Shown piece by piece: positions 44,631 to 58,100 of a DNA stretch of 64,000 bases. The notes beneath the pieces were generated by a model. That model did no database searches, had not been told where the DNA came from, and was given only the letters and a program-made list of their open reading frames with translations. The stretch is taken from assembly GCA_964057225.1 (NCBI GenBank), contig OZ059900.1:6448001-6512000 (forward strand), given 5' to 3'. Both the position numbers and the translations under genes were made by a program. Positions within the stretch are counted from its first letter, which is position 1. Each line of letters starts with the position of its first letter. Source of the stretch: Auanema rhodensis (taxonomy: Eukaryota > Animalia > Nematoda).

Positions 44631-47097
44631 TTACCAAATCAGATCTGGTAAATCATCTCTTTTGTCAGATAGATCGTACTTATTATTCATTGCATTTTCA
44701 GGATATCTGTAACCGCTGTCATAACTCTCAGCCTTTTTGGTAGCCAACGAATTCGGCGCACGTTGTTGCTGAGCCATGTTAGCCAGAAATTGCAAAGAAC
44801 GATTCTGTTTTTCGAGCAATTTAGTTACTTCTTCTTTTGTCTTCGTTTGCATTTGCAAATGAGAAGCGCGAGTTGAATCTTCCTTCAGACGTTTTGCTTC
44901 AGTAACAACTGCCAGTTTATTCCACATAAGCAGCTCGTTATTTTCTAACACGAGATCATGATCATTATCCATTACAAATTCCTACAATATATTTTCAATT
45001 TCTGAGCATGAAAACCAAATAACAAACCAGAATCTTCTTCGCCTCTAACGCATACTTTTCAGATTTGGCATAATCGTGGAAAGCAAAGTAGTATGTAGCA
45101 ATTTTACTAAAAAATAAATAATTCTCAGAATAAATTCAGACTAATTGCTCACTTCAGATGGAACCCGAGTGCCGGATGATTACGCGGGAAAGAAAATCGA
45201 ACACAGGGCTCAGTCAAAAGCAACAAACGAAGACATTCTTCGATATTATGAGGATCCATTAAAGTAATCATTTTCTAAAAAAATGAAACTTTAGTTTTTT
45301 TAGATAAAGAATTAATTTACTTGAAGTATTCCACAATAGTAAATGTTTAAAGTTGAGAGATTGGTGGAATATCGTTCATCCAAGTAGTTCAAACGAGCAA
45401 GTTGCTGCTCGACAGGAGTCTAAACTAGAATGATGTTCGAGCAATATTTCATTTAACAACTTTTGTATCGTTTCCAGAAGAATTGAACTCTTTACCAAGA
45501 TCTTTCATGTCATTAACGCATTGAGTGATGTAACTCTGAAGCAGTTTTCTCTATAAATTAGATAGATATCGACAAAGCAGACCTTTGGCATTGGTCTTTC
45601 ACACTCCGGACAATGAATAATTCCAGTCTCATTATTCTTATAAACATGATTTCCAAACACGCAGATAAGAACTTCTTTCTCACGTTGCTAAAACAAAAAG
45701 ATGAATACTATAAATATATTCTATCAAGCATAAGAAAGAAAGGGCTTGAATCCTGGTAAAACGTTCAGAAGAACAAATTAAAAACGTACGATGCAGAATG
45801 GACATTTAATACTGCTCGAAAAGTGATCCTTTTCATCAGTACAACGAGCGCATTGGCATTCAAAATACCAAGAAGCGCGGAGAAGCTCTCTTCGATCTTG
45901 CCTAGCTCTGTAATAGGTTTATAATTATCTCTCATAGTATAGTATATAATTAAAACCTCGAAAGTTCAACATATGTATATGTTGTTTCTTCAATGTTATT
46001 TAAATCAACTTTGCTATTCAATGCACGAAGAGTGGCAACGAAACCATTATGGGTATAGACCGAATTCGGTCGACATGAATGGTTATATTGACAAAGATCC
46101 AGATAGAGACCTTTTCCGACTTCCTGTATGTTAAAGTTGGACAAATAGATGGGTAATGTAATCAAAAATCCAAACCCTTCGATATCCAGCATCACTCAAG
46201 CCGTGACGATTAATGAAGTTTCGGCAATGTAATTCGAATACAACATCACGAGGCAACAAATACTTTGGCTTGTAAAATTTAATTAAGCCGTCGTAGATTG
46301 CTGCAATGTTTCAGTCGTGAATATTAAATGATTTTTTTTTATTGAGCTCACCATCAAACTTTTTCAAGGCAAACGGATGAGCAGCCATTTTTTCAGTATG
46401 GGTACAAATCTCCATAATTTTACGACGAGAGTGTCGGTCTTTGTAAAAATTGGGGTCTTTATCCTTGCCTTTTTCAATGTCCTTTATAATTTTATTACTA
46501 AAAAAGCCGCTGAACAATTTAGTAAAAAAAACCTTATAACGGAGAACAATGCGGCCAAGCATACGAACTTCCACGTCAGGAACCATTCCCGTTGCTTTGA
46601 TACCAGCGCATTCAGCCTATAATTATATTTTACAACATTTATCAAAAATTGAATAGAGAATATGTAAGAAAATTTATTGTACCCTATGATCTTTCCATCC
46701 CAATTGTTGACATTCTGAATTGCAGAAAACAGCTTCATGACATCCAAGGCAGTGTCTATACGAAAAAAAACATTGAAAACGCTTTTGAAATTTGGAAAGC
46801 TTACTTAATTTCTTCAGGATTTTTAGATTCTTTCAAACAATACCAACAGAAGGAATCACAAGCAGCTTCATAAAGAGCATATGCAAACGGGTAAAAGGTC
46901 AAACGAGTAGCCCGCTCTATTTTCGAATTTTTATCCTCTAATTCTTGTTTCAGATCAATTTTTTGAAGTTGTTCGGTAATGTTATGTAATCCTTTGTTCT
47001 GATCGTCTTCAGTAGGAATGTTTGAATCATTCGGCTGTTCTTTTTCAGCAGGCGCCTTTTTCAGTGGCTTATTTTTTTTCTGACCTTTTCTGGACAT
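44631..47097 (-). CDS. set-30: SMYD (SET and MYND) lysine methyltransferase, set-30-like
   Basis: FYPFAYALY, MYND (CWYC..CLGC..FCNSECQQLGWKDHRAEC), YNHSCRPN, TYTYV, post-SET WYFECQCARC, C-terminal TPR-like NHPALGFHL; the paralogue name rests partly on recalled synteny. Confidence 0.85.
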
Positions 47098-47596
47098 GCC
47101 GCTCTATCCCAACTAAAAAAAAGATATTCATTTTTATTCAGTTTTCAGAAATTAAAAAATCAATAAAAAGAATAGATGAAAAGACTGCGTATATGGAAGA
47201 TATTGAAGCAAGAACTATAAATCATATTGAGAGCAAGTATCGGCTATGCTTGAGAAAATGAAGGAATTCAGTAACTTGTGCATTGATTAAAATTCGCACG
47301 AAAAGACTTATGAATAAGATATACAGCTGAAAATGTGTTGCAACAGGAAATAATTGAAGAAAAATGCAGAATGTTATCGGGTTTTTCATTTTTTGAGACA
47401 AATTCACATCGAGGGAATATTGTTAATTTTTTGTTGCGCACAATGCTATTGTCAAATGGCATAGGAGAAAGAAGGAATATGCATAGTTAAATAGTGTAAA
47501 TGTGTAAAATATATGGGATATCTTAAGGCGAACGATTATTGATATCAAAAGAGGAAATGAGCAGACGTAAGAGATAGAGTGGGGAGGGGGGTAAAA

Positions 47597-47608
47597 TTTG
47601 GCGGGAAA
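47597..47608. promoter_or_regulatory. E2F/DP-like site
   Basis: TTTGGCGGGAAA matches TTTSSCGSSAAA, ~500 bp upstream of the SMYD ATG. Confidence 0.35.
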
Positions 47609-50600
47609 TTAAAAGAAAGGGCGAGAAGAAAAAAACAGAATACAAAGATGATTAACCAATATACATCAGCGGATAAATGACGTGCAGTGCAGTAAAAAGA
47701 ATACAGTCAAGACGAGCTTAACTAATAAAGAAAAGATATAATGTAAAATGAGGAGTGTAACAGTTCAATATCGCATTGAAGTAAAATAGCAATGCAAATG
47801 CAAATAAGCAATACAAAAAATGGGCTATTGCACGCATAATTAAAATAAAATAGAAAATAGGAGACTAAGATGGGGGGATTTGCTAAACTGGACAAAGCTG
47901 CATATATATGAAAGAGGATAATCGGAGAGAGCGAGAGAAAGCGAAGGCAAATAGGTGAAGGATATAGAATGATTTAAGAAAAGAGAAGGCTCAATTGAAT
48001 GGCAAACTCTGAGAGACCGTTAGCTACGAAGAACGGAGAATTGCAGACCAGAGATGAACAGAAATCGAGAGATATAACACGAACATAATGAATGACAACA
48101 ACGCAGAGGGAGAGGAGGAAAGCCATTCAAGAGGTGTACAACTCTCTGTCTTCTTTCACTGCTATAGCCTCAACCTATACGCTCCACTCCTGCTGTCCAG
48201 CCCTCTCTTTATCCACACTATATTCACTGGCGAACACCATCATTCTCACTGACTCTTCTCTAGTCTGCGTCTCATTCTATTAAACATGATGACTCTCTAT
48301 CTCTTTCTTCTTTCTCTTCATTCACTCAGTCGTTCTTATTATCTCTAAACAGCTCTCTTACTCATTGTCTTAGCTTTTCTCATGTCCTGAGACTTCATTG
48401 TTCTTCTTGTGCGATTAGAAGCAATGAATGCAGAGCTATATAACCACTATTATCATTGTTAATTAATACTAGATTCAATAAAACTTATTTTCCGGGATTA
48501 AATTGTATATACACAGAAATTGGCAGGTGGAAGCTGAGTGTAATCTCCAAAAATAGATTGTATATGACTATTATATAATTCAATGTTAAGATGTGAAAAT
48601 AGAGGGAACCAAACAAAATTCAGAAGCACTTCTAGAAGAGCATTAAAGCTTATTAATCAATGCAATGCAGAATTGAAGGATGATGGAAAACTCATTAAAC
48701 ATAAACTTAGTAGGCTATTAAGAGCACACATAGCCCGATTTAATGTTTTTAGCACTTAAAAGAATCTAAAAAAAGTAGAGGAAAACATTTTTTCTAAACT
48801 AATTAATATTGACATAAAATATATTTTTAGTAGACTTTTCTGCATATTCATTAGGTTGAACTGTAGTAATTTTCTAGCGAAATTTATTTTTGAAAATAAC
48901 AATATTTTTAGTAGAAGACAACACAAAAAACTTATAAGAGAATTTTGGCTGTTTCGTATACATTTCAAACAAGCTTACGCTAATCCATAAGAGTATATGT
49001 ACATGCTCATATTTCTCTTAAAGCAATTTATAAATTACTTCAAATAACATACACGATTTACATTTATTCAGTATCTTCAATGACAGCATTTTCTCACTTA
49101 GAAGACACTGAATGTTTATAAAACGCTTATCATTTGATTAGATTACAAGTATACTGCCCTTCTCAACTCGCATAAGTTTTCTTTAGCTAACATTGGGGGG
49201 AGGTTACTTAGAAATTCTCTAATTCAATTTTGCTTTTTAGCTTGCAAAACTCTATCAATCAACAACGACAAATACATTATTTCACGAAATTTTGTTATAT
49301 AACCTGCTTGCATATCTGAACACAAATAAGATCTTGTTTTCATTTGATACTCACTATACACCATACTACATAGATGCATGCTTGATTTCAATTTCAAATT
49401 TTTGAATAAGATTAATGATGAAAGAAAATGCATTGATTATTATATACGTTTTTTTTGTCATTTCGTTCTAATAATAATGTTCTATGAGTTTGTCCAATAT
49501 TAGAACAATAATAATTTCTCGAAGATTATATTTGACCAAATCATGAAAAGAATCGAATATAAGAATGAGCAAGGAATTATTTATAAACTTTATTACACTT
49601 TCTTTCTTACTAATATTCAATATGCTATTATTTCATATATTACGAAATTGTATCAATGTATCTTTGTATACTTTGCTTGCATGCATATGAACATATATAA
49701 AATCAGAAAAACAAAATAGAGGGACAGAGCGGTGTGAATATCACGATACGATTTACTCAAAGCTGTGATTAAGTAATATTGATATCAAAATATATCAATC
49801 AAATTAATTACAGGAAACGATTAACCACAACGGAGGTTCATGGCGCCAAAATCCGGCGTCATCCTTGTTTTTGAACCAAGACTATATCATCCTGACCTAG
49901 TGCGAATCCCACCTGACCCAACGACAAAATAAAAAAAATGCATGTATGCAGTTAATTACAAATGAAATTGAATGTTTATAATAGGTTTTCTGTTATTTTG
50001 TTTTCACAAATATTTCCAGTAATATTTACATTGTTAGATAACATTGTTTTATTGATTGAAAACTTCACACAGTCCTCTAACACAATAATTATACTATACA
50101 GAATTTCACAACAAGGCGAATTGATTTTATTTTTGCGAAGCTGTGCTCCCGATGCATTTTTTTCAAAAGTTCAAGTTTGCGAAATTTGATTTCAAATTTC
50201 CCTTTTCAACCAGTATGTCAATCTTATTTAAAGACCGCCTCGTATCCGAAAAAGTTTTCTCGCACGATCGTATCTTTCTTAGATATCATCGCTAATTCAT
50301 CTGCATATTCCTTTCCATTTTGCTATTTCTTCACGTATAATAATTAGCCACGTTGAGAGTTTAATAAATTCTTGAAAACTGTTGTAATTTGAATCATCAT
50401 ATTAAATTCACTTTCATGAAAACGTTCGATTTTTTTTTTGAATTGATATTCGAAAAAAAAAAGAAGCAATTAAATGAAATGAATGTCATATTAAATATCA
50501 TATTGTTTTCTTATCTTTTCTTCTAATAACAGTTATGTAACTACACAGTTTCTTTATTTTTATCTCTTTAAAAGTAGCCTATGCTATTGATTAATAGCTC

Positions 50601-50718
50601 TTCAATGTTACGTGCTATCTTATCAAGCGGTTGATTATATTGTTCTTTTTGAGTCACCTGCTTTTTTGTGTTATTTGACTGTATTCAGGTTGCAATTGAT
50701 TCATATTCTAGCTTAATT

Positions 50719-51740
<1,022 letters not shown>

Positions 51741-52118
51741 TAATTTTCTGCTAAAAAATTATTCAACAAAAATTTAAAGAAAAACTTAATAGATATTTAT
51801 GCACAAATAAGAAATTAAGCATCAATTGGCATTGTTATAAAAATTACATGAGTTGTGCAGAATCATCGGGATAATTAGGAACAATATATGCATAGATAGG
51901 CATAGTTTGTAAGAAATCAAGTGGACTATTATCATTAAAGCTCTAATTAAGCTCATTATACATACTTTAAAATTGAAATGCTGAAGTATTCTATAGTATA
52001 CTTTTTACAAATCTTTCGAAATTCTTAGGCTTCAAGCAGGAATATCAAGATTTTAATCGGCGTGCTGCGATAATTGAAGTAAAGCATTAACATATTGTCA
52101 AATACATTATTCATCAGT

Positions 52119-55100
52119 TCATAGATCATTTGTGCGTGTAAGAGTCTGCGTTTCCAAATGCTGTGATACAGATGGACTCTCGGTTCCATTCAAAGGAATA
52201 TCTATTACCGATGGATCACGTGGTTCTGATGCTCTTCCAATTCCTGAAATAATCAGTTGAAATATATGATTTGAAGACTCATACATACCCAGGTCTTGAT
52301 CATGGAGACTGGATGGTGGTCTATCTCTAAATCTCTGTGTTGGTGTTCCTAATGTTGGTGACAAAGGGTTAGACACATAAGTGGACGGACCAAATGAAGA
52401 TGAATATCTGCAACAATGACATCATTTTGAGTGAAGGCTACAATGTTCTTCTCACCCTCTTCCAAATGTTGGGGTTGTCTCCCGAATATTTGTTCTGTAT
52501 GTTGTACGAGAAGAAAGACCGGGGGCAATATCACCGCCAAGCATACGATCAGCATAATCACTGCAATGCATGAAAATTGAAGTTTGGTTAAACTTTGAAT
52601 TGTTATGTTAAATTTTTCTGTATCATCATGATCGAAAAAACGCTTTTTGATTTGTTTACCGTTTACGACGACGTTCAGCATCAATCTGTTCTCGCAGAAT
52701 GACAATTTGTTGTTCCAATTGCTTAATGCGGTTTTTGTACGTACGCTCCTTGCTTTCGATGACCTTTTCAATTTGACTCTTCTCGCCTTGAATTCTCATT
52801 AGTAAAAGTTCTTGCTCTTGACGCTGTTTATTAGTCAAAGCAAGAATGCGATTACCATTTTCCATTTCCAACTGTGTTATCTAAAGAGTATATGGTTCTT
52901 TTAGTTTTAGTGTTATATTCAGTACCTGTTGTTGGAGCTGAGCGCAATTCTTGTACAGTTCTTTGTTTTCTCTTTCCATAGCGTTAAGAGATTTTTCGAT
53001 AGCTTCACGTTGAAGAGCAGTTTCCTTGATAGCAGCATCAGTATTTCTTTTTTCTGCTTCGAGCTGGTTGTTTAATATATGTATTTTCAATAACTTCAGA
53101 AATGACTTACTAGTTGAATTTTTTTAACAAGTAGTTGTTTTTCTTTTGACCAATTATCCATATTTGCTGTAGTCATACGTTTTTCTAACTCGAATTGAGA
53201 AATACGACGTTTGAGCTCATCAATATCTTTTTCTAAGGTTCTCTTGTTATTTTTCAACGTCTCTATTTGTTGCTTCAAGTCATTTTCGCTGCTACGTTGT
53301 TGGTTGTTGGTCTGAAATTGAAAATTGTTTTATTAACGATAGTTTTTTTTACCTTGTCCATCATCACAATACGCTCTTCCAAACGATGTTTCTCCATATT
53401 GGCTTCGTGCAGCTGCCGTTGTAAATCAGAAATACGATTGTTGTTATCTTGGCTGCGCTGTTTCATGTTTCGCACATCATTTTTATAGTCATTAAGTTGG
53501 TTTTCAAGGGTCTGTCTCAGAATTACAGCTGCATTGAGATCGCTTTGAACGCTAGTTAGTTGATCCTTCAGCAATTGATGTTCATGAGCTGTTTGACTGT
53601 TCTTTTCATTAATCTGTTTTATATCGTTTTCAAGTTTTTCTAGACGAGTAATTTCTCGTTTTTGATGTTCGATGGTTTCCTGCAGCTTGTCCAATTTGTG
53701 CTCACTGTTGCTAAGGGCAAGCTTGAGCTCAGTGATTGTATTCTCACTTAGTTGTTTGCCATTTTCATATGCAACAATGGTTGATTCGTATTTCAACACC
53801 TCTCTCTCTTGTTGTCTGAGCCGAGTCTCCTTATCAAACTCATTAGCATCGTATTCCACCTGTTTGTCGCGAAGAGTTTGCACTTCAAGATTAGACTCGT
53901 CCAATTTTGTTTTCAACGTTTTCAGGTTGTCCTAATATTTTTATAGATTAGATAAATGACTCAAGATCTATATACGAACCTTTAGATGTCTGAGTTGAGC
54001 GTCACGCTCTCGTCCTTCTAATTCCATCGTTGCCATTTTCGCTTTCATTGCACGACGCTTTTCGTCGCGCTCCTTGAATGCATCTTCCTGTGAACGTACA
54101 ACTTGTTTCAACGACTCTACAGTTGTTTGAAGAATACGTTTTTCTTAAATATACATTTTCCTTTTTTTAAGCCAACTCAGAATTACCTTCTTCGCTGTCA
54201 TTCAAATTCATTTCAATTGTTCTGTAGTTCTTATCAGACTTAACTACGGTAGTCTTGTCAGTATTCAATTTCTTTTTCAATCTGGCGATTTCATCGGCCA
54301 ATTGATTCTTAAAAAAATTAAATATTAATACTGTAAAAGAAATGGCTTTTCTTACTCGCTCCATTTCTAATTGACGGATCTTATTTAGCATGTTTTGGAG
54401 GACATTGTCCATATCAGTTATATCAAAAGTAGTAATGTTAATATCGGTGGTGTGAGTGCGATGAACGCCATTGGATCCTCCCACGTTATCTGAATCGTAA
54501 CTAGCGGGGAATGGAACTGATTTGGGTACATCAATATCATCAGCATGTCCCAATTCTCTACCAATATCATCTTCAATCTGAAAACATAGAAACCGTCTGT
54601 AAACTAAATTGTTGACCATCACCTTGATGGATCTTGTAGCTCCTCCTGGTCCTCCGTCACTTCCATGACCTCCACCGGTGAATCGAGAGCTGATGTCAGT
54701 ATGCATGCGTGTATTGAAAATATTGCTAGCTGACGATTGGAAGCGACGTAAAGCGTCTCCCATAGCGTCTCTTTCAGTGTCAACTCTGATAAAGTCTTGT
54801 TGAAGAGCAATCATACGTTGCTCGGTGTTGGCAAGTCTCTGTTTCAAGTCGTCGTTCTCATATCGTTTGGATTCTGAAACACAGAAAATAGTTAACTCTC
54901 TTAGTCTTAGAGTACGGTTACCTAGTTCTTGAATTGCATTCAAGCGCCCATCTTCTGACACACGCTGAGCATGAGCCAAATCACCTAATGCTGACTGATA
55001 CTCATCAGTCTTGCGCTTTGTCTGATTATTAACAAATTCCAAATCTTTCAAAGCTTTTTCCAAATTGCGTTCAATAATCTGGCGATGGGAATCCGTGCTG

Positions 55101-58100
55101 AGGAGTTTGTTATTGGAATCTGTCATTTTTGTACGCAACGCTTCTAAGTCATTTTCTAACTTGCTAACTATTTTAGTTAAGCTATCAGACTGTTTAACTT
55201 TGTCGCGTAATGCATTCTTCAATCGTTCTTTCTATAAATTCAATTTGGCTTTAAAAAAAACTTAATCAATAGTCTTACCTCGGATTTATTTTGATCTGCA
55301 GCTGTCTTCAGCTCACGGAATGCATCATTGAGAGATTTAAGCTTGGTCTTGAGACTATTAAGTTCAGTTTCAAGCTCTACATTTGTTCGTTCAAAATCAG
55401 CATTAGTACGTTCGCTTTGATCTAGATCACTCTTCCATTTATTAGCTTGAATGAGAAGTTCACGAAGTTTATCGTCTAATTCAGATATTTTCTGATTAGA
55501 GTGTTCTAAATCATTTTCTCTATTGCGGAGGTTGGCTTGGAGCTCATTAACTTGATCTTCAAGCTGGCGAATTGATGAACTTTCTGAAATTTGTTGAACA
55601 TCTGATATTTAATCGAAAAAAAAACTTACGTTCACGAATCTTGATAACATCATCGCTCACATTTTTCTCTAGCATTTCCATTCGGCTATTAGCTGATTGT
55701 AATTGGGCTTTAAGAGCCATGTTTGAGCCTTCTAATACTTTGTTCTCAGCACCGAATTGGTACGCTTCTTTTTTCCATTTTTGGATTTCTTTCTCACTTG
55801 ACGAGCGAAGGTCTTCTAGTTCATTCTTAAGTTGGATAATTTGATCGTTCAAGGAATTGAACTTCATTTCTTGATCTATTTTTTCACTTTCAAGCGTAGA
55901 TACTCTGAAATAGATTGGTCCATTTTACGTTTTAACGATGTTGAGTTTTACCTATCTTGGGAATCAGCCAAAGATTTTTGTAAATCTTCAATTTTTGTTC
56001 TCAGTTCGGCAATGAGCTGGTCGCGCTGATTGAGATTTTCCTGCGCATCCTCTCTTTCTATGGTATTCTCGAAAATGTGTCGTTCCGTAAACCGTTTGAG
56101 TTCGCGTTGCAACTCATTAGTGGCATTTTCGTGAATACGTTCTTTCTCACTGATATCGCGTTTCAGATTATTTATTTCATTCTGTAGATGCTGTACTTCA
56201 TGCTCAGAATCAAGACGTTGTTTTGCCAAATCTTCCTGTAAAATCAATTTTTTCAAGTGTTTGAAGGCTGTTTTCAACTCACATTCTGTTTCTCCAAATC
56301 ATCTAACTGTCTTCTCCAATGATCATTGATTTCTCTCAGTTTAACATCCATTAACAAACTGTCATCGAACAAATGCAAACCATCAGATCCAGCTGGATCA
56401 TGCTGTGTATCAGACTGATCACCGTTTCCAGCGTCTTCCGGACCGTCTTAATAGTATACTCTAAGATAAAAACAAGTATTTGTTTTGCATACTGCTCGGA
56501 ATATGGATCTCTCCACTATCATCGGACGATGAACTGTCGCCCTTTTTGATAATAGTGGTTGTGGTCGTAGTTGTCGTATGAGTTGATCGCCCTCCTGCAG
56601 GTCCTGCACCTGCGGCCCGCTTAGCAGTGCCAGGAATTCCTTTGCTGCGAATTCTTTCCTCCAATTCGCTGATTTGCTCTGAAAAATAACCAATGAATAT
56701 GCGAACATGAATAAGAAAAAGTTTTTCGACAAACCTTTCAAATCCTTATTTTCTTCGAGTGCTTCATTCAGTTCACGTTGGAGAGTATTCAATTGATTTC
56801 TCAACTGATCACTTGATGAACGATTACTATGATCTTTGTTTTCAAGTGCCTGCAAGGATATATTTGAAACCAAACAAACCACAAAACTGGCATTATCACC
56901 TTAATTTCATTTTTAGTCTTATTGAGATCATATTCAAGTTTGCGAGTAGTTTCTTTTAGAGTTTCAATGCTATTATCAGCAGCAAGCTTTTGGCCTAAAA
57001 TGTCCTGTTTCTCGTTTTGAAGTTTTTGGTTGAGCTCAGAAAGCTTGTCGATTTCGCTCATTCGGCTGCAGACATCAATTTCTAATTGAGCAATTTTGCC
57101 CTCGTATGTTTGCTTAGCAGTATCAAGTTTATCGTTCAGATCTTTGAGAGATCTCAGCTAAATTTCACAATAGAAAGCAACAACTTATTAAAAATAATTA
57201 CCTGGTTTTCTCGATCTTCTAGTCTTTCATTCAAATCCTTAATATCGCTTTGAAGCTGAGTTAGAGTTCTTTCAACATCTTCTTTTCCTCGAAGAGTTAC
57301 TTCATACTTATTCTGAACACTATTGAATTTTTGAACGAGTCCTGCTTTTTCTTTTCTAAAAATTGCTTGATTAGTACGTTATAACGACTTTTGTATTACA
57401 ATAGCTGTTCTCGATCTTTAATCAGATCCTTCATCTTCTGTTCTATATTTTGAATAGTCTTCTGACTGTTTTCGACTTCGTTATGCATACTATTTCGTTC
57501 AGAAATGAGCTTATTGATAGTTTCTTTGGCATTCTTTATTTGATCTTGAATGTTCTTGTAATTAGTTTCGAGATGTTCGAAATTGACATTCTGAAAAAAA
57601 AACAATTGTGTTATGCTCTTCCTAAAGATTGTTTACCTTCTCATCAAACTGACGTTGTAGGTTACTATGGCTCGAGTTCAGATCATTCCATCTATCTCGA
57701 GCAGCGGATACCTCAGCTTTCAGACGACTGTTCTCTGCCATCAACATCTCAATACGACGATTTTGTGAAGCAAGTCTTTCCTTAAAATCTTCCTCCATAG
57801 ATGAAGCTTGTTGTTCAAGTTGATCAGAAATTTTACTATCATCCTTTTGAGTGCTTTGTTGCAACAACCTAGTGAATTTTCTAGTGAAACTGTCTCTTTA
57901 TATTCGAACTTACTCCTGTAGTTTTTGAACCTCAGATTGTGCAAAAAGACGAGCTTTTTCAGCCGCTTCGACATCAATCTGGGCTGCACTAATGCGATCT
58001 TCCAGGCGACGTCTGTTGCGATCCATCTCTTCAACAGCCTTTTGATTATTACCAATCTCCCGGCGAGCATCCTCTAATTGCTTGTCCAATCGTTTACGTG

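Noticed and set aside
52349-52771. 140-aa ORF with apparent TM segment
   Set aside because: Alternate frame across lfi-1 exons and introns; the spliced frame explains the region
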